The position numbers and the translations under genes were made by a program. Under the pieces are notes generated by a model. That model was given only the letters and a program-made list of their open reading frames with translations. It was not told where the DNA came from and did no database searches. From IMG/VR virus record IMGVR_UViG_3300022205_000001, positions 1 through 64,000 of that record: 64,000 nucleotides of DNA, one strand, 5' to 3'. The stretch's first letter is position 1. The number at the start of each line of letters is the position of its first letter. This DNA is from a virus. Its lineage: Duplodnaviria > Heunggongvirae > Uroviricota > Caudoviricetes. Below, one piece after another: positions 17,900 to 26,509 of the stretch.

Positions 17900-18096
17900 A
17901 CCGTTCCACTCCTCAATGCATTACACGTTTCATCAAGCCGTTCAATTTCTTCCAGGAGCGCCTTAATTCGCTTATCCTTCAGGACAAGCTTTCCTGCCAT
18001 CTGTTCAATGACCATCTGCCGCGTCTTCACGGTCGCCGTCAAATACCTATACTCCTGAAGAGGGATGGTAATCTGTTCCATGGTTATGTGCCCCAT
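17896..18096 (-). CDS. hypothetical protein
   Basis: ORF. Confidence 0.4.
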   Translation of the reverse strand: MGHITMEQITIPLQEYRYLTATVKTRQMVIEQMAGKLVLKDKRIKALLEEIERLDETCNALRSGTV

Positions 18097-18302
18097 TGAT
18101 CCAGGATATACTTAGCTCGATTCAAGGTCCGGCGAATCGTCTCTTTATCCAAGCCAAGTTCGGTCATGGCCTGGACATCACTTAACAGACTCATGACCGG
18201 CATGACCGGTGATTCATGCCGTTGTTTCAATGACCGCATCAAGGTATCCAATTCCGTCAAGGTACAATCAAAACACGCCACTTGTTGTTCAACCGTCATC
18301 AT
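18084..18302 (-). CDS. hypothetical protein
   Basis: ORF. Confidence 0.4.
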   Translation of the reverse strand: MMTVEQQVACFDCTLTELDTLMRSLKQRHESPVMPVMSLLSDVQAMTELGLDKETIRRTLNRAKYILDQWGT

Positions 18303-18318
18303 GATCTATGCTCCTGGG

Positions 18319-18606
18319 TTATTCGTCCGTCTGATCCTGGTCTTCAGGCCATGGCATCGAAGGTAGGTGCGGCAATTCGGTCAGATATTGATAGCCGTTT
18401 TTCTCACAAAACACATGGGCCAGATGTTCATTCAATTGCATACGGATGCCCGTATGAAAGAGTCCGGTGTGACCCTGGTACAAGAGTTCATAGGTATAGA
18501 AATGGTTCATCTCATATTCACGAGGGGCACTGCCGTGATTCGGCACCGAATAGAGGTAGGTGGTTCTCAGCACTGCGACGATTTCTTGACCGTATTCTGT
18601 AACCAT
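18319..18606 (-). CDS. hypothetical protein
   Basis: GGAAAGGGGAAC SD then ATG; downstream of promoter copy 18622-18662. Confidence 0.45.
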   Translation of the reverse strand: MVTEYGQEIVAVLRTTYLYSVPNHGSAPREYEMNHFYTYELLYQGHTGLFHTGIRMQLNEHLAHVFCEKNGYQYLTELPHLPSMPWPEDQDQTDE

Positions 18607-18621
18607 ATGTTCCCCTTTCCT

Positions 18622-18662
18622 GACTATGATATAAGTCTATCATAGTGGGGTAGGGATGTCAA
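18622..18662 (-). promoter_or_regulatory. promoter class 1
   Basis: same motif; flanks nearly identical to copy at 14742. Confidence 0.55.
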
Positions 18663-18700
18663 GTGGATATAAAAGTAGGAAAATCAATCACTTACAAGAT

Positions 18701-18919
18701 CTAGTGCTGGAAATCGACCGCGCCAGCTATCGGAATGGCGTGAATACCAGGGTCCTGGATACCGGCATCCTGTAACGCATAGAGAATACGGTCCATGGTC
18801 CCTCGATGCCCGTCAGGACTTCCACCGACCCGGCACAGCAGGCGCACCAGGATTTCCGCATCCCTGGTGGTCATCGTGATAGTACAGGTATCCTTTTGTA
18901 TGTGTGCATGAGGTGCCAT
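18701..18919 (-). CDS. hypothetical protein
   Basis: ORF. Confidence 0.4.
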   Translation of the reverse strand: MAPHAHIQKDTCTITMTTRDAEILVRLLCRVGGSPDGHRGTMDRILYALQDAGIQDPGIHAIPIAGAVDFQH

Positions 18920-19079
18920 GTGTTATACATCCTTTCCAAATAATTGCCGAAGTGCCCAAAGACCTCCCATGGCGACGGCTAACCAGAACAGGGTTTGTGC
19001 AATATGAAAGCCAACCGCAGCCCCCAACAGACCAGCCGCGGCACCAAGTACCCCATACGCCATAAGATCTTTGATCATG

Positions 19080-19307
19080 TTATCCTCCGCCATATAGATA
19101 AAAGCCTTCAGGGTCTTTCACCACCCGCGGCTTCCGCATCACGTCCCGATAGAAATCGGAATGCTTGTAATCCACCATGGTACGCCCACCCCATTTCTCA
19201 ATGAGGATGTTACGAGCCGTCCGCACATCAGGCGCCAGGGCAAACATAATACCTGAGGTCCAGTCTTCCAGGACATTTTCCCACACATAGAGTTTTAACG
19301 GTGTCAT
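19080..19307 (-). CDS. hypothetical protein
   Basis: ORF. Confidence 0.4.
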   Translation of the reverse strand: MTPLKLYVWENVLEDWTSGIMFALAPDVRTARNILIEKWGGRTMVDYKHSDFYRDVMRKPRVVKDPEGFYLYGGG

Positions 19308-19437
19308 GCCTTTCCCCTCACATACCAGCGTTCCAAGGATTCAATCAAATCCTTCTGGGCTGCCACAAGGGCTTCCAGTGACTTGATCCTCCGTTCAGCC
19401 GCTTTCAGCTTCTTAGCACTCTCGACCTGCTTGCGTA

Positions 19438-19638
19438 TCATCGTTTGCCACTTTCCAATTCTGCCACCTTTGCCCCGATCTTATTGAGGGCATCCAGTGC
19501 CGCTTGCTTGTATTCATCCCGTAACCGTTCGTCGGTCAGATCCCTTCCACAGAGATACGATTGCAGGGCATTCATGGTACCCCACCACTCATTGTCGGTC
19601 AACGTGACGGTAATTGATCCAAAGTCTTTCATGATCAT
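19438..19638 (-). CDS. hypothetical protein
   Basis: ORF. Confidence 0.4.
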   Translation of the reverse strand: MIMKDFGSITVTLTDNEWWGTMNALQSYLCGRDLTDERLRDEYKQAALDALNKIGAKVAELESGKR

Positions 19639-19824
19639 CCCTTACACATACGACCTTCCGGCGGACCGGTCCTTGACTCGTGCATCGATCATCTCAACCA
19701 AACGTGCCAGGTCGGTATGGTTCATCGTGACCCCATAGCGTTCGGCCACATGGACCTGCCGGGTCTGATCAAACCGAACTCGCCAACCACAGTAGAAAGA
19801 ATTGTGTTTCATCGGAGACCTCCT

Positions 19825-19977
19825 TTATGCACCATCCAATCCATCTAGATCTGCCAGGCCGGCCAGGACCGGATCACACTCAGCCTCAACCAGAAAAACA
19901 GACTCCTCATACCCCTCATACGGATCACGGTCATCCCATTCATCTAACCCGTCTCGTATGTCGTCCCGTTCACTCAT
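19825..19977 (-). CDS. small acidic protein (50 aa)
   Basis: below ORF-track cutoff; GAAAGGGGAGCAC SD then ATG, directly downstream of promoter copy 19993-20034. Confidence 0.3.
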   Translation of the reverse strand: MSERDDIRDGLDEWDDRDPYEGYEESVFLVEAECDPVLAGLADLDGLDGA

Positions 19978-19992
19978 GTGCTCCCCTTTCCT

Positions 19993-20034
19993 CACTATGC
20001 TATAAGTCTATCATAATGGCAGGAGTCTGTCAAG
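19993..20034 (-). promoter_or_regulatory. promoter class 1
   Basis: CACTATGCTATAAGTCTATCATA + TTGACA. Confidence 0.5.
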
Positions 20035-20062
20035 TCCTTCTAAGTGCTTGATATGCTTCGTC

Positions 20063-20293
20063 TTACCAGGCTAACAGGGTCAGCGTATGGATAGGACCCT
20101 GGTACTCATAGCAATGCACGACACCACTATGCTTCTCTGCAACGGTCTTGACATAGGTAAAGGTCTCACCTTCATGCGTCAAGGTCTTCATGGGCCAGTC
20201 GCCATTCGCATAGACCAGGGGCATATTGGACACAAATGCCGACTTCCGCTTTTTTGGCATCGAGGCAATGTTGGTGTCTAACATCCAGTTCAC
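20063..20293 (-). CDS. hypothetical protein
   Basis: ORF; ATGA overlap with upstream gene. Confidence 0.4.
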   Translation of the reverse strand: MNWMLDTNIASMPKKRKSAFVSNMPLVYANGDWPMKTLTHEGETFTYVKTVAEKHSGVVHCYEYQGPIHTLTLLAW

Positions 20294-20640
20294 GCGACCA
20301 CCTCCGGCAACAAGGGCGCCAGGTGCCCATACAATGTGATACCGATATCCTTCCCACAGAAAATGGAATGCTCGACCAGGACGATATGCGCCGGCAATCC
20401 AGCAAGCCGCGAGGGTTGATTCGGTTCAAACCACGGGTGATTAGAATGCACCGGCAGGACTTCCTTGGTATCCAGGTTATAGAAACAAAAATAATCCCGG
20501 CTCCCTTCATCCCAATAGGACCGCAGTTCCTTCGGTGCCCGAGCCGCAGGCTCCAGGCGCACCTTGCGACCTTTGTAAGCCGGATAGCAAGCTTGAATGA
20601 TGGACTTGACGGCTTTCTGTCCTTTGGCATCGAGTTTCAT
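20290..20640 (-). CDS. hypothetical protein
   Basis: ORF (preferred over overlapping alternative frame 20172..20630). Confidence 0.45.
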   Translation of the reverse strand: MKLDAKGQKAVKSIIQACYPAYKGRKVRLEPAARAPKELRSYWDEGSRDYFCFYNLDTKEVLPVHSNHPWFEPNQPSRLAGLPAHIVLVEHSIFCGKDIGITLYGHLAPLLPEVVA

Positions 20641-20644
20641 GATC

Positions 20645-20836
20645 TTACCGCTTTCCTATCTGAATTTCATAGCCACTTCGCTTCTCAACCAGACCAATGA
20701 CCTTCAGGCGCTTCATGGTTCTATAGGTCTCTTGAAGGGCCAGGTTCAATGAGGTACGGTCCCCGATGCCGCGCTCAATGGCCTGAGACGTGGTATAGAT
20801 GGAAACGGTCCGGTCAATAATCACACGCAGTTTCAT
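20645..20836 (-). CDS. hypothetical protein
   Basis: start at MKLRVII with AAGAAAGGGAAGAAATAAG SD, identical to the SPFH gene initiation region. Confidence 0.4.
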   Translation of the reverse strand: MKLRVIIDRTVSIYTTSQAIERGIGDRTSLNLALQETYRTMKRLKVIGLVEKRSGYEIQIGKR

Positions 20837-20853
20837 CTTATTTCTTCCCTTTC

Positions 20854-21039
20854 TTAGTAGAGCCAATAGTGATAGGTGGGCACGTCATGCCCGATCATGG
20901 CAATTCGGTTCCACTCGTTGAGTATGCTCAACATCTCTGCGCGGCTGATTTCCCACTCTGAGGTCAACGTGGTCGTGCCCAGTTTACGGTCTGCCACTCG
21001 CACCCAGTGATAGGTCCAACTTTTACTTTTTTGATTCAT
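20854..21039 (-). CDS. hypothetical protein
   Basis: GAGGGAA SD then ATG, downstream of promoter copy 21050-21090. Confidence 0.4.
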   Translation of the reverse strand: MNQKSKSWTYHWVRVADRKLGTTTLTSEWEISRAEMLSILNEWNRIAMIGHDVPTYHYWLY

Positions 21040-21049
21040 CTCATTCCCT

Positions 21050-21090
21050 CACTCTATTATAAGTCTATCATAGAGTGGCAGGTATGTCAA
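21050..21090 (-). promoter_or_regulatory. promoter class 1
   Basis: CACTCTATTATAAGTCTATCATAG + TTGACA. Confidence 0.5.
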
Positions 21091-21170
21091 GTCCCAGGCG
21101 ACCTGGGTCACTGTATGCGAAGTGATTGATATTGTAGGGAAAAGGAGTGAGGTGTATCAAAAAGGATACA

Positions 21171-21434
21171 CTATGGTTGACGTGTGGCGAGCAGCCACCT
21201 GGCTAATTGTGCGGCCTTTTCATCTGATAAACAAATTTCATCCGCCCATGGTTCCCCGGTTCTCAGAATGCGCCAGATATGTCGAAGGCGTTGAGACCAG
21301 GACGTACCGCGCCAGGACCGCGGTTTCCACAGGCTCACATAGTAGGTCTGATCGTCCGCCCAGTAGGTGACGCGAAGACCCTCCGCGAAACATTCACAGG
21401 GTAAAAAGAAATCGTTCGGTTCTTCAGGTCTCAT
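21171..21434 (-). CDS. hypothetical protein
   Basis: C-terminal 87 aa of ORF 21171..21584 look protein-like; Gly/Arg-rich N-terminal extension rejected. Confidence 0.4.
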   Translation of the reverse strand: MRPEEPNDFFLPCECFAEGLRVTYWADDQTYYVSLWKPRSWRGTSWSQRLRHIWRILRTGEPWADEICLSDEKAAQLARWLLATRQP

Positions 21435-21643
21435 GATTCGTCTTTCACCATCACGCCCATACCCAGGTGCGCCAGGCACCCGAGGGCGAGGTACATGAAC
21501 AGCACCGGCGCGGCGACCCAGTGCCAATGGAGATCCACCACCTCCGCGAGCTTCGCCGCGGCCAGGAGCAACGAGACCACCCACAGGCCGTTGGTGAATT
21601 TCAAGAGGACCAACACACCATTGCCGATATCTGAAGACGCCAT
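21431..21643 (-). CDS. small membrane protein
   Basis: hydrophobic; ATGA-type overlaps with neighbours. Confidence 0.35.
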   Translation of the reverse strand: MASSDIGNGVLVLLKFTNGLWVVSLLLAAAKLAEVVDLHWHWVAAPVLFMYLALGCLAHLGMGVMVKDES

Positions 21644-21813
21644 TATGACCGTCCTTTCAATTTCGAGACTTCTGACCAGGCGATTCCAAACACAATGACC
21701 AGGCTGATCACGATCACGGCGAGCGATGGTGTGAACACCCACCACCAGGAAATATGAATCAATTCCATCAACTTGAGAACAATCAACACACATGTTAAAC
21801 TATGCCATATCAT
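21643..21813 (-). CDS. small membrane protein
   Basis: hydrophobic Trp-rich ORF. Confidence 0.3.
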   Translation of the reverse strand: MIWHSLTCVLIVLKLMELIHISWWWVFTPSLAVIVISLVIVFGIAWSEVSKLKGRS

Positions 21814-22019
21814 AGGAACCTCCGTGACCTCCAGGTATGCTGAATCCCATAGACCGTTGCGACGACTGACGAACCGAGACAACTGACGATGGCCATCCAG
21901 GAACTCCCATCCCACAACACCCACACCACACTCGCCAGGTACCAGACGAACCAAACAATTACCCAGTAGGCCATAATTCCTCCAATAGCTGCCAGGACCT
22001 GAGATCTTGCATCGTCCAC
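21810..22019 (-). CDS. small membrane protein
   Basis: hydrophobic ORF; competes with overlapping frame 21959..22168. Confidence 0.3.
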   Translation of the reverse strand: MDDARSQVLAAIGGIMAYWVIVWFVWYLASVVWVLWDGSSWMAIVSCLGSSVVATVYGIQHTWRSRRFL

Positions 22020-22170
22020 CAGGTCCCTTCACCCTCAGGGTTGACCACCCACGCCATCAACCCCTGAGGCCCCCGGGCGAACCCACGAACCTGATACCCC
22101 CCGGTCAAGTCATAGGGGAGTCTGTCAATGACCACACCTCGTGTCAATTCTAATTCATGATGCATCATAC

Positions 22171-22204
22171 CCCCTATTCTATCACAACACCGCCCATATG
22201 TCAA
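22171..22204 (-). promoter_or_regulatory. promoter, degenerate class 1
   Basis: TTGACA with weaker operator. Confidence 0.35.
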
Positions 22205-22221
22205 GTGCGCCTGGTTTTCGG

Positions 22222-22644
22222 CTATTCCTGACAGGTGCAGTGACCCACCTTCACTGAGCATTCATCGATCTTTTGGCGAATATCAAACGGCAGCTTGGCA
22301 TCAATCCGCAACGCATAACACCGTATGAAGGTCTCAGGTGTGACAGGTACCCAGCGGCGATCAAAGCACCTGTCACACGAGGGCCTGGGCTTACCGTCCA
22401 TCAACATCCAATACATGAGCCATTCTGATTGTGTTCTCATAACGTCCGTATTAATCCCATCGTATCGATCACCAAAAACATACCATAGAGCACCATCAAC
22501 CCAACGGACCCTCGATGCCAGGCGCATAAGAGCAATAACGTACTCGCCAGGTTCCATCCAAGATACGCGAGGAGCATCGGTGGGTACGGGGTCGTCAACG
22601 CTAATAACAGCGCCACACCCACAGATATAACCATCCCTAGACAC
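22222..22644 (-). CDS. hypothetical Cys-rich protein
   Basis: ORF; N-terminal part overlaps a membrane ORF 22437..22706 in another frame, so the true start is probably internal. Confidence 0.35.
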   Translation of the reverse strand: MSRDGYICGCGAVISVDDPVPTDAPRVSWMEPGEYVIALMRLASRVRWVDGALWYVFGDRYDGINTDVMRTQSEWLMYWMLMDGKPRPSCDRCFDRRWVPVTPETFIRCYALRIDAKLPFDIRQKIDECSVKVGHCTCQE

Positions 22645-22706
22645 TCAGCGACCATGCGAACCTTGTGTGCCTGGTAATCGGCACGTATGTACTCAAAGGT
22701 CATCAT
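22437..22706 (-). CDS. small membrane protein (2 TM)
   Basis: hydrophobic ORF. Confidence 0.3.
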   Translation of the reverse strand: MMTFEYIRADYQAHKVRMVAECLGMVISVGVALLLALTTPYPPMLLAYLGWNLASTLLLLCAWHRGSVGLMVLYGMFLVIDTMGLIRTL

Positions 22707-22914
22707 TAATCATCACCGTCTGTAAGAGCACCGCCGTTTGATCGGGGGTCTTCCCCATATCCTCATAGTATGCCAGGGCTTCATCGAATGCGTCAAACCA
22801 TTCAATCCATGACTCAAAGACTGTATGGGTGACATAGACGGCAAACATCAGGACCACCAGGCTCGCAATAGGGCGGCAAGACTCCCGGTCACCAGGAGCC
22901 CTATCCAGGACCAA
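22693..22914 (-). CDS. hypothetical protein
   Basis: ORF. Confidence 0.4.
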   Translation of the reverse strand: MVLDRAPGDRESCRPIASLVVLMFAVYVTHTVFESWIEWFDAFDEALAYYEDMGKTPDQTAVLLQTVMINDDL

Positions 22915-23008
22915 AGGATCAATGACGGATTGAGAAGGTCATGGGCCAGAGAGAGAAGGACCAGGCTCAACAGAAACCCGGCATTCAGAATATTCCGTAT
23001 CATCAATT

Positions 23009-23236
23009 TCATGATGGTAACCCATGCGCCTGGCGCACTGGTGTTTTGATTTGTCTCAGGACCTGTTCAATACGCTCTAAGCGAACCTGCGCCTCGATGC
23101 ACCCCTCTAGAATCGCCAGGTTCTCGTCGGTCTGCTCTTGATAGGATAACAAGCGCCTGGCATCCTGAAGTTCAAAGAGTGCCTGGCGCACATGGTCCCG
23201 TATCATCGTCGTTCGTGCAAGGTCTAAGTCAGTCAT
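23009..23236 (-). CDS. hypothetical protein
   Basis: ORF. Confidence 0.4.
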   Translation of the reverse strand: MTDLDLARTTMIRDHVRQALFELQDARRLLSYQEQTDENLAILEGCIEAQVRLERIEQVLRQIKTPVRQAHGLPS

Positions 23237-23454
23237 AATACATCTCCTGGTACCTGGGGCATGAATTCTGGGCTCTTGACTCGTAATACAATCGCATCGT
23301 CGGGGTCCAATCCAATCTGCACCCCACCCACGGTTTTCTTAATGTCATCAATTTCCTGGGCCGTAAAGACCTGCTGGCCTCCGAGTCGAAATAACAGGCA
23401 CCCCATCAAGAGGCGAACAAGGTCCCCCTCTGTTTTCGGTGATAATACAGGCAT
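23233..23454 (-). CDS. hypothetical protein
   Basis: ORF. Confidence 0.4.
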   Translation of the reverse strand: MPVLSPKTEGDLVRLLMGCLLFRLGGQQVFTAQEIDDIKKTVGGVQIGLDPDDAIVLRVKSPEFMPQVPGDVL

Positions 23455-23524
23455 CTAAATACTCCTCTCCTTTTTGGTGTTGTGACAGTATCCTGGCAGC
23501 TATCTATCCTGGTGCACTACAGAT

Positions 23525-24163
23525 CTAACTCGGTACTGTTACCCCATAGGTTAGATCGGTATTCATGCCCTTCTTCTCATATTCCTTGCTGGCAAGGTGA
23601 ATAAGACACGTCAACGTGTCAGTGGAAATGGTATAACCCTGGTTCGTATACTTCAAGACTCGCAGATACGTGCCTATGGCAGAATGCAGGTCAGGACTGA
23701 CAAGGTTCATGCGTTGTGCAAGGAGATCATGATAGGCATGTGGGGTCATCCACAGGTGCTCACCATCCCATATGGTTTGACACAGGGTAAAATCAAATGC
23801 ATCAATATGAGCAAAGGCGGACGGACGGTATCGGGTACTGACCAATTGGACGGTGTACTCTTGATAGGCAAAGGTCATATGATTCGTGGTTGACGTGAGA
23901 AGGGTCGTCTCACGGGTCAGCATATCGGCGACGGTGAGTGCATACTGTTGCTGGCTGGCAAAGAAATAATCCACATCATGGTGTGGTTCATCCAGGAGAA
24001 AATGTCTCACCGCGCCGCCGGCAATCCACGGTCCAGTGGGAGAACAGACCGGTAACGGGGCCACAAAGTCGTGCCAGCGTTGTTGATCCTGTGGTGACAC
24101 ATGGGGCAGAAGATCCATGTACGGATGCCGATCAGGTTCACTCAGACAGACAGGAAACATCAT
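23525..24163 (-). CDS. Pol-beta-superfamily nucleotidyltransferase (CCA-adding-enzyme head-like)
   Basis: IAGGAVRHFLL...DVDYF resembles the GGAVRDxLLG...DxD motif of class II tRNA nucleotidyltransferases/poly(A) polymerases; only 212 aa. Confidence 0.45.
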   Translation of the reverse strand: MMFPVCLSEPDRHPYMDLLPHVSPQDQQRWHDFVAPLPVCSPTGPWIAGGAVRHFLLDEPHHDVDYFFASQQQYALTVADMLTRETTLLTSTTNHMTFAYQEYTVQLVSTRYRPSAFAHIDAFDFTLCQTIWDGEHLWMTPHAYHDLLAQRMNLVSPDLHSAIGTYLRVLKYTNQGYTISTDTLTCLIHLASKEYEKKGMNTDLTYGVTVPS

Positions 24164-24170
24164 CGCCTCC

Positions 24171-24662
24171 TCAACGGGTAATCATAATACGAGAGGTGTA
24201 CGGGTCGGTGGAATCTCGTAAGGTCGTCGCCATCAGTCGATACACGGTCCCGCACATTTTTTCCGCGGTATAGCGGTCCCCTGGGGTGCGGGTGGGATTG
24301 ACATGATGGTCCCAATTGAGCCGAGGGTCCGAGAGGACGGGCTTTCTCGGCAGGATCACCTCAAGCGTCTTGGGCAATTCGGTACACATCGGATACCCAC
24401 GTAGGATACGTGACGTGGTGGGTAAGAGAATCGTCAGGTCCATGTTCACCAGGGTGGTCGGTGTGTCCTGCCCTTGGAGGCGCGACATCAATTCCTGTTC
24501 AATCATCGCTCGTACCTCATCTGCATACCGAGCATCAAGGAGTTCACGTTCTGAGACGGCGACAGTGGCATACGTCCGAGTCAGCGTATCCTTGGCATGA
24601 ACCACGCGAGTGCCATCAACCGCAGGTTCCCACCACACCCGTATGGTATCCTTATTGACCAC
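24171..24662 (-). CDS. hypothetical protein
   Basis: ORF. Confidence 0.45.
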   Translation of the reverse strand: MVNKDTIRVWWEPAVDGTRVVHAKDTLTRTYATVAVSERELLDARYADEVRAMIEQELMSRLQGQDTPTTLVNMDLTILLPTTSRILRGYPMCTELPKTLEVILPRKPVLSDPRLNWDHHVNPTRTPGDRYTAEKMCGTVYRLMATTLRDSTDPYTSRIMITR

Positions 24663-25128
24663 GACACTCCATCGGAATAAATCCGCCTCCGAACAATTGA
24701 ATCATGGGCGCCATCAAGGGGTCATAATACAACCCACCACGAGTCTTCAAACTCAGATCCATCCATTTTCCATAAAGGTCACAGACCTGGGCAGCGACAT
24801 TGTGACCGACTCCTGGGTGCATCGCAAACCCACCGCGGATATCGGTGTCTAACGGATACTCATGCACCTCGTCCACCTGCGGCGAGGCGGGCAATGGGTC
24901 CGCGACGGTCATGGTCGCTGGATACGACGGCACTTCACTGACTTGCGGTAATCGTATTCGGGTACATGTCGCGCCCTTGGGGGGATGGTTGGTATAGATC
25001 TTTGATCCATCCTGAAGGGTGCATTCATACACCACATCCGCATGAGCCAACGAAGGGCTGAGCATGAATCCAATACCGGCTAATAAGAGGAACAACAACA
25101 GCAAATAGAAATAGACATACTTCAACAT
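24652..25128 (-). CDS. secreted protein (signal peptide)
   Basis: start at MLKYVYFYLLLLFLLLAGIGF...AHA signal-peptide-like N-terminus. Confidence 0.45.
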   Translation of the reverse strand: MLKYVYFYLLLLFLLLAGIGFMLSPSLAHADVVYECTLQDGSKIYTNHPPKGATCTRIRLPQVSEVPSYPATMTVADPLPASPQVDEVHEYPLDTDIRGGFAMHPGVGHNVAAQVCDLYGKWMDLSLKTRGGLYYDPLMAPMIQLFGGGFIPMECRGQ

Positions 25129-25307
25129 GACATCACGCTTTCTTGGTGTGTTCAGCTTGGACCTCTGCCGCAAATTCTGCTCGACGCATCCGGGCTCGCT
25201 GCCTGGCAGATTTCCCTGGTCGGGTATCCAGGATGGACCGACGTTGATCATGGGTCAACGTATTCCAATAGGCCTGACGTTCAACTGCCTCCTTTTGCTT
25301 CCGTTCC

Positions 25308-25502
25308 TTATTTCTTGGAAAGTTTTTCGAGTTCATGTTTCCAGTCCTTTCGTGTGATAGGGTAATAGTAACGGCGCCAAATCATTCGTTGCAGCCATTC
25401 TCCACCACGAGTGATATACGAGAGGAGAATAAACAACACAATGATAGGTGCCGTTACTGAAAAAATAATCAATCCAAGGGCAAATAGGTTCATGTTACAC
25501 AA
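25308..25502 (-). CDS. small membrane protein
   Basis: hydrophobic ORF. Confidence 0.35.
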   Translation of the reverse strand: MCNMNLFALGLIIFSVTAPIIVLFILLSYITRGGEWLQRMIWRRYYYPITRKDWKHELEKLSKK

Positions 25503-25926
25503 CCGCGATAAGAATTCCCATCAATCCCGCAACACCTAACAACGTGAGAATGGCGAGCGTCAATGAATCAACGCCCGCTGGAGTAAAATCCACGTCGGTC
25601 ACCGTGCTGTAATTGAAGGAGCGCCAGCCCTCGGCTTCAAGGTCATACACTCGCATAGTGTCAGGATTGGAATGCTTGACGACCCCTTCAGTATTGCCTT
25701 TGGGGTGCTTCTCGGCAGGAATCAGATCAACCTTCTGGGTGCAACGCATCACCCGAACCGTTTGATCCTTTTTTGTGAAGGTGACGGTGACTTCACCCTC
25801 TTGCAGCAATGCTTTCAACGTATCTTGCGTGACCATGATATAACCCTCCATAATGAAAACATCCAACAACACGTTCAATGATTTAACTATAGCACACTCA
25901 ATTCGGTTTGTCAAGTATCCCGGCAA
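25495..25926 (-). CDS. hypothetical protein with C-terminal TM helix
   Basis: ORF. Confidence 0.45.
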   Translation of the reverse strand: MPGYLTNRIECAIVKSLNVLLDVFIMEGYIMVTQDTLKALLQEGEVTVTFTKKDQTVRVMRCTQKVDLIPAEKHPKGNTEGVVKHSNPDTMRVYDLEAEGWRSFNYSTVTDVDFTPAGVDSLTLAILTLLGVAGLMGILIAVV

Positions 25927-26353
25927 GTGCGTATTTATTCAGGATATTTTGGCAGGTTTGGACGATAACATTGGAATTTTCGTGGTTGTCCTTGATCAAA
26001 AATCCCATATACCCTACATCCAACATATGCTTGGCATACGCAACTGGATCACCGAAATTCGATGTAAACGGCGCATCAAGCTGAATTTTCCCATGCTTCT
26101 CCGTACAGAGTAACACATGGCACCTGGTTCGATCATGAAGGAATGGGGGCACGGTAGAAGCAGAGGGTGAAGGATATCGAAAGTTCAACGCTTCAAGAAA
26201 CGCACCCGGTCCCTCTAGATAAAACATCAATACATTCCAGCTATCATCATCAATCATTTGCTGAAATTGTTCAGACATTGGATTTCCTTGTGAACAGTGA
26301 GGTGATCCACATAACCAAAGACACTGGTACCGCGAAGATAAGAGCAAAAACAA
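25898..26353 (-). CDS. hypothetical protein
   Basis: ORF. Confidence 0.45.
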   Translation of the reverse strand: MFLLLSSRYQCLWLCGSPHCSQGNPMSEQFQQMIDDDSWNVLMFYLEGPGAFLEALNFRYPSPSASTVPPFLHDRTRCHVLLCTEKHGKIQLDAPFTSNFGDPVAYAKHMLDVGYMGFLIKDNHENSNVIVQTCQNILNKYALAGILDKPN

Positions 26354-26459
26354 GAATCGTTGCCCATATCGCGTAGACGGCGGCTACCACAACCACCAAC
26401 ACGATCACGAGCACCGCCATCAAAAGCAGTGCACCTATAGTTTCAAGAACATTCATCAT
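26271..26459 (-). CDS. small membrane protein
   Basis: hydrophobic ORF downstream of degenerate promoter copy 26471-26509. Confidence 0.4.
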   Translation of the reverse strand: MMNVLETIGALLLMAVLVIVLVVVVAAVYAIWATILVFALIFAVPVSLVMWITSLFTRKSNV

Positions 26460-26470
26460 GACGCACCTCC

Positions 26471-26509
26471 TAATAAATATAGTCTAACATAATCTCAGGT
26501 ATTTGTCAA
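26471..26509 (-). promoter_or_regulatory. promoter, degenerate class 1
   Basis: TTGACAAATACCTGAGATTATGTTAGACT. Confidence 0.4.

Noticed and set aside
20172-20630. 152-aa alternative-frame ORF overlapping 20063-20293 and 20290-20640
   Set aside because: It is Arg/Cys-rich with an unnatural composition. The two in-series ORFs with an ATGA junction are more parsimonious.
12130-21090. Possibility that the repeated 23-mer copies form a CRISPR array
   Set aside because: Copies are 1-6 kb apart, not 25-40 bp. They are palindromic promoter/operator elements, each followed by SD+ATG, and there are no cas genes.
21435-21584. Gly/Arg-rich N-terminal extension (MGGLVAPGRGEARGGGGSPL...) of ORF 21171-21584
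   Set aside because: It is an out-of-frame read-through of the neighbouring membrane ORF in GC-rich DNA. The protein-like part begins at the internal Met (21434).
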